Positions 1 through 11,029 of a stretch of DNA of 64,000 nucleotides are shown here, piece after piece (within the stretch, counting starts at the first letter, position 1; every line of letters starts with the position of its first letter). The position numbers and the translations under genes were made by a program. Source of the DNA: Psammoneis japonica (lineage: Eukaryota); the NCBI GenBank assembly GCA_008632985.1, contig QPGO01000176.1:79778-143777 (forward strand). The letters are read 5' to 3'. The notes under the pieces are model-generated. The model had not been told where the DNA came from. It did no database searches and saw only the letters and a program-made list of their open reading frames with translations.

Positions 1-63
1 ACATTGTACAAATCCGTCACGTTGCCAACTGGCAAGGAAGAAGGTTGCGCCGTTTGGTGGCAC

Positions 64-400
64 GGTGGTGGGCGCCAACTTATTGCTGGTGCTTGCCAGT
101 AGTAAGTTTGGCCCGTCACGGCACAAATCTATTGCTGGTGCTTACCAGTAATACATTCGATCATCACCACTCGGAAGATGGCGGGCGCCAGCTTATTACT
201 GGTGCTTGCCAGCAATAAGTTTGGCCCGTCATGGCACAAATCTATTGCTGGTGCTTACCAGTAATGCATTCGACCGTGACCCTTCATCACCATACCACTC
301 GGAAGATGGTGGGCGCCGACATATTTCTGGTGCTTGCCAGTAGTAAGTGTGGCCCGTCACCGCACAAATCTATTGGTGGTGCTTGCCAGTACTAAATTTG
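64..400. repeat. Tandem array of three ~115-130 bp units, each with two copies of an imperfect hairpin (TATTGCTGGTGCTT[G/A]CCAGTA)
   Basis: GGGCGCC..TATTGCTGGTGCTTGCCAG..GGCCCGTCA..GCACAAATCTATTG recurs at ~70, ~185 and ~312. Confidence 0.85.
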
Positions 401-612
401 AGAAACAAAGAAATCAAACTTATCAATGGAAGTTACCACCTACACGCTAAAGCCACAACAGGTGCTAAGCACTGTCACCACTTGGCTTGAAACCCGTGTA
501 CGGTTCATCACGTGTCTGAGGGTACAAATCAAGTATCTCCCTGTGAATACAATCCGGAAGCTTCGTGGTATGCACAAGGTCACCTTTATAACTTCTTCAC
601 GTTACATATAAA

Positions 613-3600
613 CTAAATGGCGTAGCCATTCGAATGGTTCTGAAACACGTCGTACATATGAGTGCCAGCGCTATTGCGTGATTTCCTGTTGTATGCATCA
701 GTTTGAGCGAAATCAACGTGAGACAAAAGAATCCTTGTGAAACAGGCGGCAGAAGTACGCAAGAAACTTACGAGATAAGACCAAGGATTCTTCTTTTCAG
801 GCTCGATTCAGGCACGTCGACCATTAATCGCTTCTCGAACCGCTTCAAAGACACCCCGTGGCCATACCGAACTCCAGTGAAGCATGGGTAGTTGCTCTTG
901 TACATCATGATTTCGACGAGACCAAGAGCAATCTGGGAATTGTTCCGCGCAGCCATAAATCCTTCCACAAAGAGGTCTTGGAATTCCTTGAAGCACTTTG
1001 AACCCGCACCGCCCATGACTTCGATGTATTCATTGGTAAGCTTGAACGGTGCCTTCTCAAAGCTAAACTCGTGGCCCGGAGCCATGCCCATTGCAAAGCC
1101 AAAGTCAATGTGAATGAGGCGTCCCTTGGTATCAATCATAATGTTGCCGTTGTGCCGGTCCTTGAGGCCTAGCAGATATGTAACCAAAGAATATGCCGCT
1201 AGACTCTGCATGAAGTTCTTTTGCGCCTCCTGAAAGGATCGGCTGTCGGGTGAACCATAAACTTGTTCAAAGTACGCTCGCAACCCACCCTCTGTTGGAT
1301 AGCCTTCCGACTTTTTCAGACCATCGATCGAAGTGGCATCCGTAAGCACTTCGATAAGTCCCGTGTCCTTGGAAGTGCTCAAGATACGGTAGGTCTTCAG
1401 CCAAAGAGGAAGCCCTACGTTCGCAAAGACGGATTTGTAGTAGTGGATCATTTGCATAACAAACACCTCCTGGCGTAAGTCATCGTTGGATTTCGCCATT
1501 ACAGTCTCAATTTCCATTTGGACACCTTCAGCGTCATTGGATGCTGTGGACGAGTTCTCTTTGAGCATTCTTGCGGTTTTCTCCGCAAAGGTCTCCCCGT
1601 GACACACAATCGCCTTGGCCCGCTCAATCGACTCGCTATCAATGTCGCCTTCTTCCATATCACCCAAAATGATTCCACCCATATTCATAATACTACTGCT
1701 TCGAACTGAAACGACGCTATTCTGTCCATCAGCGCTGCTGTCGCCCTCATCGTGGCTCCCTGCTTCACCGATAATTGGGACAGAAGGAGAACTTGCAACA
1801 TCCATCATGGAGTTGATATTTTTGATATCCTTGACGGAAGCGCGTCTCTTCTCGATGCGGTTGACAATTTTTGACGGCGCCTTGACTAGATTCTCAGCCA
1901 TGAAGCTTCGAAGCATCCTGTTGCCCTTTCCGTGCGGGTGGTGCTGCTGACCCTCCGCCGTGGCCGCTGGGTCGCGGTCACCGAACCAAATGTTCTTAAC
2001 ACTATCCACGTTGAACTCATCATCCATCTCCTCTGAGTCCCTGTCATCATTGTTTTCGTTCCCCTTCTCCTTTTCGGTGGCGTCTTCTACCTCTTCCTTT
2101 TTCGTTTCTTCTTGCAAGTCCGGAGACGAATTCACAGGGGTCATTTCCGAGTTTCCTTCCTCGATTTTCTCTAGTTCAGGCTCTGGCACTTCTAGCTGCA
2201 AATGCAAATACTCTGCAACGTCCAAGTTAACATCGTTGAGTCCACCTCTATGACTTGCCAGTTTTTCTCCTCGTCGGGAGACGAAATACATAATAACGGG
2301 GCAGCGCTCGTTCGTGTTGAACACCCTTGTATCCTTGGGAACAGTCTTGGATACCCGACGCCAGATATCAGTACTGTTGCACATTGGGATGTAGCAGCAA
2401 GCAGGAATGCTCAATTCTTCCATGTACTGCGGGGCGAGCGCCTTTCGTTCGACTCTGTCCTTGAAGCGCAACCGTTCCGCGACGTCACAAACGTCTCGAA
2501 TAAAGTCACGTTCGTCCTTAAAGAAATTGTATCGGTCCAACTGCGCTTTCGTCAACTCGTCCAGGACCTTTTTCTGTTTCTTCGACGGTGCAGTCGGGTT
2601 ACCAACGTTCTCAAAAAGAGCTTGCGACGTGGCTTCTTCTCGCAGAGCAGCGATCCACTTTTGCTTCTCCTCCTCACTCGCCGCCCTCATTGTGAAATGG
2701 AACTCCCGATTTACAACTTGAAACATGAAGGGGTACTTTCCGTCCTCTTCCTGTACATCGGCGCCTTCAAGAGGCATGGCTCGGACGAGCTTGGAAGAAT
2801 CCTTTCCCGAGTAACAGTACAGCATCCGATCGCCTACCGTGAAGTACCGTTCTTTCCACGGCTTGGGTTTGAGGCAACCAGAACGCACACGTCGCTTGTA
2901 GAGCAAGACACCTCCAAAGTGCACTTCTGGATCCTTTGGCGCGGCGGTTATTTGCTCGGCATTGAACCGACGATCAGCTTGTTCCAGAATCTCATACTCC
3001 TTCTTGGAGATTTCGCCCTTTTCAAACAAGCGCTGAAGCCTGTGAGAGCGTGGCTTTCCATACACCACGCAAATTTCAATGTTGGTTAGTAGCTTGACAC
3101 ATCGTGAATAAAAGAGAGCGTGATAAGATGGATTAGGCTCTCCCGAGGTCGTTTCAGGCTGGTAGTCTTCAATTGCTCCCTGAAGGATCCAGTTGAATTG
3201 AAGAGCAAAGTGAAGGGACTGTTGAGAAATGACTAAAGCCAACCGCTCCAAGATGGCGTCGTCCCAATCAGCTTCTAGATGGATAATCATATGAGCCAAC
3301 TGAGGCAAGTAGAACTCGATTCCATCAAAGACTTCTCGCGAAGCAGCAAACTTGGCAACGAAGAGAGCCATGAACTCAACGACTTTGGGGTCGTCACGAA
3401 ACTGCCAGATAAGCATGACAACCTTTTCCATATGAACCTTTCCTTGATTGTCGCGGCCAAACACATCGTCGATAAGTCTAGTGAATAAAAAGTACGTGGG
3501 CAAGCACTGGAGTGAGTAACAGGCAGTACAATGGATACGAAATTGCGACGCGTACAGAGCCGTACAAAATCTACGTGAAAAAAGATTCGTCTGGCACGTA

Positions 3601-3654
3601 CTTTGCTTTTAACGTCTCATCAGCAGTCTTTTTGTCAGCACCAAAGGACGACAT
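613..3654 (-). CDS. PI4K: Phosphatidylinositol 4-kinase (type III-like) with an internal PH domain; predicted exons 3654-3602, 3477-772, 685-613
   Basis: 911-aa ORF with YLPQL helical region, PH domain (WKERYF...WIAAL) and kinase motifs KSNDDLRQE, KDRHNGNI, IHIDFGF, FEKAPFKLT. GT-AG introns at 3601-3478 and 771-686 add an ATG exon (MSSFGADKK...) and the C-terminal MYDVFQNHSNGYAI* typical of PI4Ks. Confidence 0.93.
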
Positions 3655-3987
3655 GTTGTCTCAAGCCGCGGCACAGATAAGCTTTTGTCTGAGAACAGCG
3701 CAACCACCAAAGCACTCAATAGCTATTTCACTAGCCACAAAGCGCACGGCACCGCCCTCGTTGTTTTCTCTTTTGGCATCCTGGCTTCACGCGTTTCCGT
3801 TGTGAATGATATCATCGTGGCCGTATTGGAAGATTGAAATTATCAAAATTCAATACTCATATACAAAGCTGAATATCCGATTGAAACGTTTCTGACCAGC
3901 TCACTCATTCTCAATTCAAGACTCATTCAATCGGCTACCAGACTCAAGACTCATCGACTCACTCACAGCGAAGAGCAAGTAGTAGTC

Positions 3988-5010
3988 ATGTCAGATGTCA
4001 GAGAAGAAAAAGGGGGCGATCATGCATCAAGAAAGTGTCAGCATTGTCCCGCCTACTCCGTTGACTCTGACTCGCACGTCGCTTGTGTTAACGTTGCAAT
4101 GCCGTTGAAGCGTACGAACATTGTGCTGTTGACTTTTGTAGCAACCATGGTGTTCACTGAAACGGGAGGATCGACACGAGGTGCTGAATCGAAGCTCCGT
4201 CAAAAAGAAACGAAAGCGCTCGAGTTGCTCCCACATGTTAATGACTGGCCTCATCGGCCGTCACTCGTACAGGTATCCGACGACACAATCGTAACAGGAA
4301 ACTGTAACAAGCAACATGTCCCGATTGGTGTCCCTGTAGAATTTGAGTCCCCGTTGTTCAAGGGAAGCATTCTCATTCGGCTTCGAAACTCAACGTCAGA
4401 TGACCCGACAAGTCACGATGCATATTTTGAGGGACGCTCGAGGGTAAAGCAAGTGCTAGTTCAAGGACAGTTCAAGGAGCCATTGAAAATGTCGGACGTT
4501 TACTTTGGTGACGTGTTCGAAAAGCCACTGAATCCGGCACCGCCTCCTGCGATTGGAAAAATCATCAAAAGCTTTATTCGCCGACTGTCACCGGGTGTGA
4601 TTGTAGATCTCGCCTCGCAAGAGCCGCGCGTCCTAGAGCTCCTTGCCGGCGGAGCACAGAGCTTCAGCATAGACTTGCCCGGGAACGAACCTGATATGCT
4701 ACAAGCGGACATACCCGAGAACACAAGTTTGCTCGGACAGTACTTCAAGTCGTCGGAGCACCGAAAGAAGGAGCTCTCCAAGCCGACACGCGCGGCAGAT
4801 TACACATTTGATACAAAGCACATATATACCTTTCACAGCTATGACAACTTGCTGGACCTTGGGACTTACTATTTTCACCTGCCGCTGTTGGGGAGCTTTG
4901 ACATGACGAAAACGTTAGATGGGCAGCCGTTGTCAGTCAGTGCTATAACGAGGGATGGGCGATATTTGTTTCGATTCAGTGTTTGGCACGAGCGTTTGTT
5001 GACAAACTGA
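3988..5010 (+). CDS. DUF1769-family protein
   Basis: Intact 340-aa ORF with motifs PVEFESPLFKG, YFEGRSR, VQGQFKEP, VYFGDVFEKPL, YTFHSY recognised as DUF1769-like. Confidence 0.75.
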   Translation: MSDVREEKGGDHASRKCQHCPAYSVDSDSHVACVNVAMPLKRTNIVLLTFVATMVFTETGGSTRGAESKLRQKETKALELLPHVNDWPHRPSLVQVSDDTIVTGNCNKQHVPIGVPVEFESPLFKGSILIRLRNSTSDDPTSHDAYFEGRSRVKQVLVQGQFKEPLKMSDVYFGDVFEKPLNPAPPPAIGKIIKSFIRRLSPGVIVDLASQEPRVLELLAGGAQSFSIDLPGNEPDMLQADIPENTSLLGQYFKSSEHRKKELSKPTRAADYTFDTKHIYTFHSYDNLLDLGTYYFHLPLLGSFDMTKTLDGQPLSVSAITRDGRYLFRFSVWHERLLTN

Positions 5011-5409
5011 CAAAAGCCACATGCATGCCGTTCTTCATTTGTATTTTATATTATCTACATTTCATAAAGGATAAAGGAAAACTGTTCATAGAAGTCTCAC
5101 TTTGCTGCGACTTGTCGTTTCGAGAGTTACGTCTATTGCCTCAACAACATTTTTGAAAAAGTTTCCGGCACTTTGTTGTGTAGACTTGGCTCAGTAGCAA
5201 TTCCTTTCATACTCCATTCCCAATTATGAACACCGACACATGCCATGGTACGCCGACAATTGAGTCGATTCGATCAATCGACGGAGATAGAACATGACGA
5301 CTCTGAATTATCACAAGTTGATAAAAACTAGACATTAGTTTAGATAAACTATCATAACATTGAAGTGTCCCCAAAATGAATTTACGCCTCGTCTTGATTT
5401 TGAATAGAT

Positions 5410-8020
5410 CTGGCAGTTCATGGAGCACAGAGCAAAGCACATCACGGCTCGAAGCACCTGTGTTCTGGCTGATGTGTCCAAGTGCATGGGCCCACACATG
5501 GGGGTGCACACATTGTGCATTTGATGCAGCTCCTTAGCATGATGTTCTAGAAGTGAAAGAATCATTGCTTCATTGCCTTGTTTCACAGCCAAGTCAAGGG
5601 CCGTTGGGCCGTCCCCATCAGTCCAACTGAAGTTGGCACCACGCTGCAAGAGAATTCGTGCCCCCCCCCCCCCCACATTGCCAAGGACAATGGCAGCCTT
5701 CAAAGGAGTGGTGCCTGCTTTGCTGTCATGTCAACTGCCTCCTGATGCTTCAATGGCATTCATGTGATTGCCAGCACCCAGCGACAACAGCCCACGAACA
5801 GACAACTCATTTCCCCTCATGCAGCCACACGTGGCCAGTGGTGTCACTTCCCCCCAGGAGCCCTCAACAGTTGCTGAGACATTTTCTGCAGCATCTGCAC
5901 AGATTTGGATGTCTTCTTCCATTCTGTGTGCATCAACTGTGAGCAAAGCAAGTGCCACAAGCCCAGCATCTCACAGTGCTTGCCACCCCTCAACCATTTG
6001 ACAAAATGAAGCAATGCATGTGCTCGCTGTCCATGTCATTCAAACTCATCATGCAACAATGCCATTGCACAATGGGAGAATGTTGTGTCTGCTGAAAACT
6101 GTGACAGCAAAAGTTGAAAATTTGAGTGTGTGTGAGTGGCCACTGTTGATGTGGTGCCAACATTTTTTGGTTTGAACAAACATGGCCTTGCAATTGACCA
6201 TTTTGAAAATCATGTAAAAAGAATTGCAGCATTGCACATCATTTGCAGGTGAAGGCTGCCCCCAATGTGCCAATCGATGGCCGGTCGGTCAGTTTTAAAT
6301 TTCATTCAAAAATGTCTGCCTGTCAAACTGAACACCAATCACCACATTGGCAGACAATGAGACAACACTGACATGCAACAAGAAGATGAACAACATGCCG
6401 AGCAACAGCAACCTTTTTTGGCAGAAGATGTGCAGACAAAAATTGCTGTTTTTGAAAGCACCAACCACACGCTGAGTTTTTTCAACAATCATTGCATGCC
6501 GTCCGGGTGTGATCACCAAAGCCGCTTGTGCCTTTGCCCCCAAACAGGCCAAAGACATTTTGCCATCTGAATTTTGAGAAACACTGTGTTTCCATTCTTT
6601 TGTGGTGTGGTGTGCTTTCTTCGCAGCTGCGTTGCTGGATCCTCCATCCAATGTTTCAAGGTTCCAAACAAGTTTGTCACATCTGCTTCAATGTGAGGGT
6701 GCCAACATCAAAGGCAATGATGGCAACCACAATCCAACAACAACAACAACAACAACAACAACCATGAGCAGTGCCAAAAGTGCTGATCCTCTCACGGGCT
6801 TAAAGTGAGTTGTCATGTGCACACAGTGGCGTGGATCTTGCCATTGATGGCCAGTTCTTCCATGAGCAAGGAAAGCAAATGCAGTGTTGTCTGTGCGCAG
6901 GGTGAGTGCAATTGGCTTCATGTTGTTCTGACATGTCCCTTGATTCAATCCATGTCCTCCACCCTGCACTGCTCATGCGACCATTCTGACTTGTTTGTTG
7001 GGTCAAATTGGTTTCATTTTCACCACTGGGAGGCAGGGGGGGCAGGGGGGTTGCAAGAAATCAAAGTGCACTTGCACCCAATGCCAAGGTTCAAAAGAAA
7101 TTGAGGTGTCACATGCCCAAGGTGCACGAAGCAGCCTTTGTCATTCTGTCTCTCAAAAGAATCTGTGGCACATGTGTGCACCTGAATTGGAGCATTTGCC
7201 AAAACTTCTTGAAAGCTTTGACGACACTGACGCCACATTTGCTGGGAAGTGTTGGGCAAGTTCATTTTGGATCACAACTTTCCCAGGACAGCCCTTCTTT
7301 GTTTGCACAGCTGCAGCACCTGGCTGTTGCGGCTGCTTCTGCCGGCATAAAGTCACTTCCAGCTGCTGGGTTGCTTCTGCTCTGGCCACTCCAGTTGCTC
7401 GAGATGGTTGCACATCACAGCAGCTGCCAGGCCCCAGGTCTGCAAAAGCCCAAGCAACAGATGGCACTGAGCAGGGACATTGGCGCAGAAGAAGATTGCA
7501 CTTGGGGTGTGTTTCAACTGATTGCTCGTTGTCCCTTCATGCTGCTGCAGTGTCAATTGACTCTTGCTCCAAGAGCTGGAGAAATGTGATGCAGCAGGCA
7601 CAACTCTGTGATGTTGTGCATGCCCATTTCACCAGATCCCAAAATCTCTCTGCCATGCACTGTGGTGCCCCAGCACAGCTCCCCTCTCACTCAATTTTTT
7701 GCTCTCCCCTTTTCTTCAAAAATGCAATCAAGGAAATGGCGCATCACACTTTTGGCACAACATTGCTCTGATTCCTTTGATTGGTGGCATCTCTTTGTGC
7801 TGGCATCAGCTGACATGCAAAAGCTGGAGAAATGTGTTGCAGGTGCAAACTCATTTTTATCCATGATGTCATGCATGCCCATTTCACCTTGTCCCCAAAT
7901 CTCTCTGCCAAAGATCACAGTGCCCCAACACCACACTCCCAAGTCTGCTCCATGTCATTGTCACTGTCGCTGTCACTGTCTTTCAGTGACATCAAGGAAC
8001 CCGGATGTTTCCTCGACAGT
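5410..8020. repeat. Degenerate repeat-derived block almost devoid of TpA and low in CpG
   Basis: Only a few TA dinucleotides in ~2.6 kb, strong TG/CA excess, internal duplications (7570-7660 vs 7820-7925), (CAA)n at ~6735-6762. Confidence 0.75.
5520..5920 (-). pseudogene. Ankyrin-repeat gene fragment
   Basis: Translations ...GEVTPLA...RGNELSVRGLLSLGA, GTTPLKAAIVLGN..ARILLQRGANFSWTDGDGPTALDLAVKQGNEAMILSLLEH match the ankyrin consensus; interrupted by a stop. Confidence 0.65.
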
Positions 8021-8237
8021 GTGTAAATCACGAAAAAAGCATTGTAGGGCCCTAAGGTTAGCGGCGTGAGCCGGGGTGTCATCATCGTTGCGGCTGATTC
8101 TGATGTTTTGTGGCTTGTTTCTGCCTGAAAAGTTACAATGGTCCGTCAGTCATCCGCCAAAAAAGGTACGTATGATCGCATGATGTGTTGTGTGTTGTGT
8201 ACTGGTACCGGTGTGTGTAATGTGCATCTGAACCACG

Positions 8238-9074
8238 ATGAGCGATGAGCTCGACCATCGAGTGGCGGCGCAACTACAAGTAGAACAACACTCAACAACG
8301 ACCAAGAAGTATCTGAATAATGACACTGCTGCACAGTGTATTGATGATGAGGAAGTACACGTAGGAGATATCAGATCTATGACGGTGAACAACAAACTCG
8401 CCACGGATGAGGACGAAGCAAAAAGAGTGGACGACAATTGTCGCGTTCTTGGTGTTTCTGAGGAGCCTGTCAACAATAGCGTCAATCTGGAAGGAGAGAA
8501 TACTGAATCAGACGATGATGAACTCGATTACATGAAGGACGATGTTCAACGAGACGCCGCCACGATGCGAGTGGCTATGCTCGTTCACGCGTGCTTGGTG
8601 TTCTTCGCCGGCATTCTCGTTCTAGCTATTGTCTTGGCTGTGTTTGCCGTGTCTCAGTTTGGGTTCTTGATGTTTGTATTTCTTATGATTATGGGAGGAT
8701 TCTTTTTTGGTGTTTTCGTACTCGTTAATGGAGCTCTAAAGGATGAAGCTCAACTCAAGCCGGTGCGAAGAAGAATGCACCGGTGGAAGGCATTGGTGAC
8801 TGCCGTGGTAATGAACGAACTGCAAAACCTTAAAGCTGAATGGAATGAGCACTTGCTGCTAACCAACGATGTATCTGACTACAACTTATACACGGACGGC
8901 GACGACCATCCAATGGCCTCAACGTCAAAAGCAAAAACGAAGAGAAAAGGACGTAGTGTTCTTTTCAAAATTGTCAAGCCTTTGGTTGCATTGAAAAGAC
9001 GCAGGCGTAAAAAAGCTGAAAACAAACAGTCACTGGACACTGAGATTCTACCGCCAGATGGTGAACTCGTGTAG
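8238..9074 (+). CDS. Hypothetical membrane protein (acidic N-terminus, two hydrophobic helices, basic C-terminus)
   Basis: Intact 278-aa ORF, normal codon composition, hydrophobic stretch VAMLVHACLVFF...GVFVLVNG. Confidence 0.75.
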   Translation: MSDELDHRVAAQLQVEQHSTTTKKYLNNDTAAQCIDDEEVHVGDIRSMTVNNKLATDEDEAKRVDDNCRVLGVSEEPVNNSVNLEGENTESDDDELDYMKDDVQRDAATMRVAMLVHACLVFFAGILVLAIVLAVFAVSQFGFLMFVFLMIMGGFFFGVFVLVNGALKDEAQLKPVRRRMHRWKALVTAVVMNELQNLKAEWNEHLLLTNDVSDYNLYTDGDDHPMASTSKAKTKRKGRSVLFKIVKPLVALKRRRRKKAENKQSLDTEILPPDGELV

Positions 9075-9342
9075 GCTCAGAAAACTCCGAAACAGCTAAG
9101 TAGCTGCAGCGGCGGTTGGTCGGTACATTTCTCTTTCGGTCTCATCCATACAGTAAGTACCGAGAAACGTCATCCATTCCCTCGCTGATACATAAAGCGC
9201 TCCACTTGTAAACATACTCAGTAGTGCAGCCGTCTTTTTTTAACAGTCACTGGACACCGAGATTCTACCGCCAGATGGTGAACTCGTGTAGGCTCAGAGA
9301 AGTTCGAAACAACTAAGTAACTCCAGCTTCGGTTGGTCGTTA
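9023..9342 (+). repeat. ~100 bp direct duplication of the 3' end of the membrane-protein gene
   Basis: AACAGTCACTGGACAC[T/C]GAGATTCTACCGCCAGATGGTGAACTCGTGTAGGCTCAG at ~9025 and ~9242. Confidence 0.9.
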
Positions 9343-9349
9343 CGGTACG

Positions 9350-10340
9350 CTTCGAGCGGTCTGAAACACAACACAGTCAAAGAAGCCATCATGGCAGAAA
9401 CTGATGAGCTCATGATGATGACGTCTCAAAAGCACTTGCCTACTTGGAAGACTTGCGCGAGGTGTTCGTTGGAAGTACCTCGTGCTATTTGATTACCGGG
9501 TGCGACGCGAATGCTTACGCGGAAGATGGCTTGGGTTGGTTCATTGACAGATTTCACTCTCAAGATGATATTGTAGATGCCAAGCATCTCCCAAACGACG
9601 AGAAAATGGACGATATCATTGTGGAATGCTTTCTCTCGTTTTCTTGGTTGCAGGATTGAACACCACAGGGACACAAAAGATTCGATTGAACTCTGTGACG
9701 AACTCCACAGTGACAGTGTGTTCACGGAGGCCTTGTACGAGGGGTTGACGGATGAAGGGATTTTGGTGATGCAACTAGGCGAAGCTCCCGATTGTGCAGA
9801 TGCAGCAGAATCCCTTACGGAAAGTCACAACACGGCAGGTATTGCTAGCCCATTAGAAGATGCTGAATTGAGAGCATTGATATTTACGAAGAGGTGACAT
9901 CTTCGTTGAAGAGTGGATCCTTCTACCTGAATTCATTGTTACGTATCTCTTCTGTGCGCCCTTGTTCTTTGCCCCGGGTGTTCTGTGATCGAAGTAGCTT
10001 TGCTTGAACGTGCCATGCCAACGAAAGCATGGAAGTCGCCTTACCGTTATTTGATGGATCGACCATGGCAACCTGTCAGGATCCCAACAAAACTTTCCAA
10101 GATGCGTTTTTTAGGGAGGAGTCGGCTCCACATGGACGTGAACTGAACGTGCAATCCATTGGTCCCTCAACGGATACCTCGGAACTGCTTTCAGTTTTGA
10201 TTGATCGCGGATTGGATTGTAGGCTGGATGCGTTTAGAGGCCTTGTCAGTGGCCGCGATCAAGTGAGTTCATTGTTATGGGACTTTCTTGGTATTCACGT
10301 TGCATCGTCACTAAAGTCTGTATTGTGCTTGTGTTTCTAA
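9350..10340 (+). pseudogene. Spermidine/spermine synthase-like (aminopropyltransferase) gene relic
   Basis: Fragments LKHNTVKEAIMAETDELMM..SQKHLPTW, YAEDGLGWFIDRF and ALYEGLTDEGILVMQLGEAP spread over several frames. Confidence 0.65.
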
Positions 10341-10514
10341 GGAGGACGAGTTGTTGATGCGAGCTTTCGGCACATACATGGAACGGCGTCAGCAACACCG
10401 ATATTAGTGGCGGTGTTTTATGCGCCGACTCGCTCTATAACCCGCTTATGGAACGGCATCGAACAGAGCTGGGGGGTGGCCTGTTAGAACACATCATTGC
10501 ATACACTATGATAA

Positions 10515-10722
10515 CCGAATGCACTAGAACCACTAAGGTGAATTGGATCATTCAGTGCTTCCCAAATTTAACGACCAACAATCCCGCACCCCTACGCCCT
10601 CTCTACTAGAGAAAGTGCTAAATCCTTTTTTTCCACTGTGATAATGAATACACTAGAACAACTAAGGTGACATGCATCATTCAGTGCTGCCCAAACCTAA
10701 TGACCAAAAATTCCGCCCCCGC
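10515..10722. repeat. Two diverged ~75 bp direct repeats
   Basis: GAAT[G/A]CACTAGAAC.ACTAAGGTGA...ATCATTCAGTGCT.CCCAAA..TAA.GACCAA at ~10518 and ~10646. Confidence 0.75.
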
Positions 10723-11029
10723 GGTTGCTCGACCCGGACTGGAAAGAAAATGGGTTTTGCATTGCCAATGCCGACAAGGACTTCTGGACCTCCCATGATC
10801 TTTGTTTCTACTTTGATTCGTTTGCCTGTGGGATCATTGTATTCTACCTCAAGATGTGACACGCTGGTACCCGACCACTACGTCTTTTCGTCAACCCTGA
10901 AGACGGTAACTGCCACCTCCTCATTCATGTCTTTTTCGAGTTGAAAACAGGACGGCGGAACTTGTGAATCGTCCGTTGAGCACGCACGTCGAGCTCGAAT
11001 TTTGCGTTCAACGGAAATCAGATTCTTAA

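Noticed and set aside
64..400. CRISPR-like array
   Set aside because: Spacers are not unique (two alternate), repeats are degenerate, no cas genes, eukaryotic context
2202..3089. 295-aa plus-strand ORF
   Set aside because: Antisense shadow of the PI4K exon
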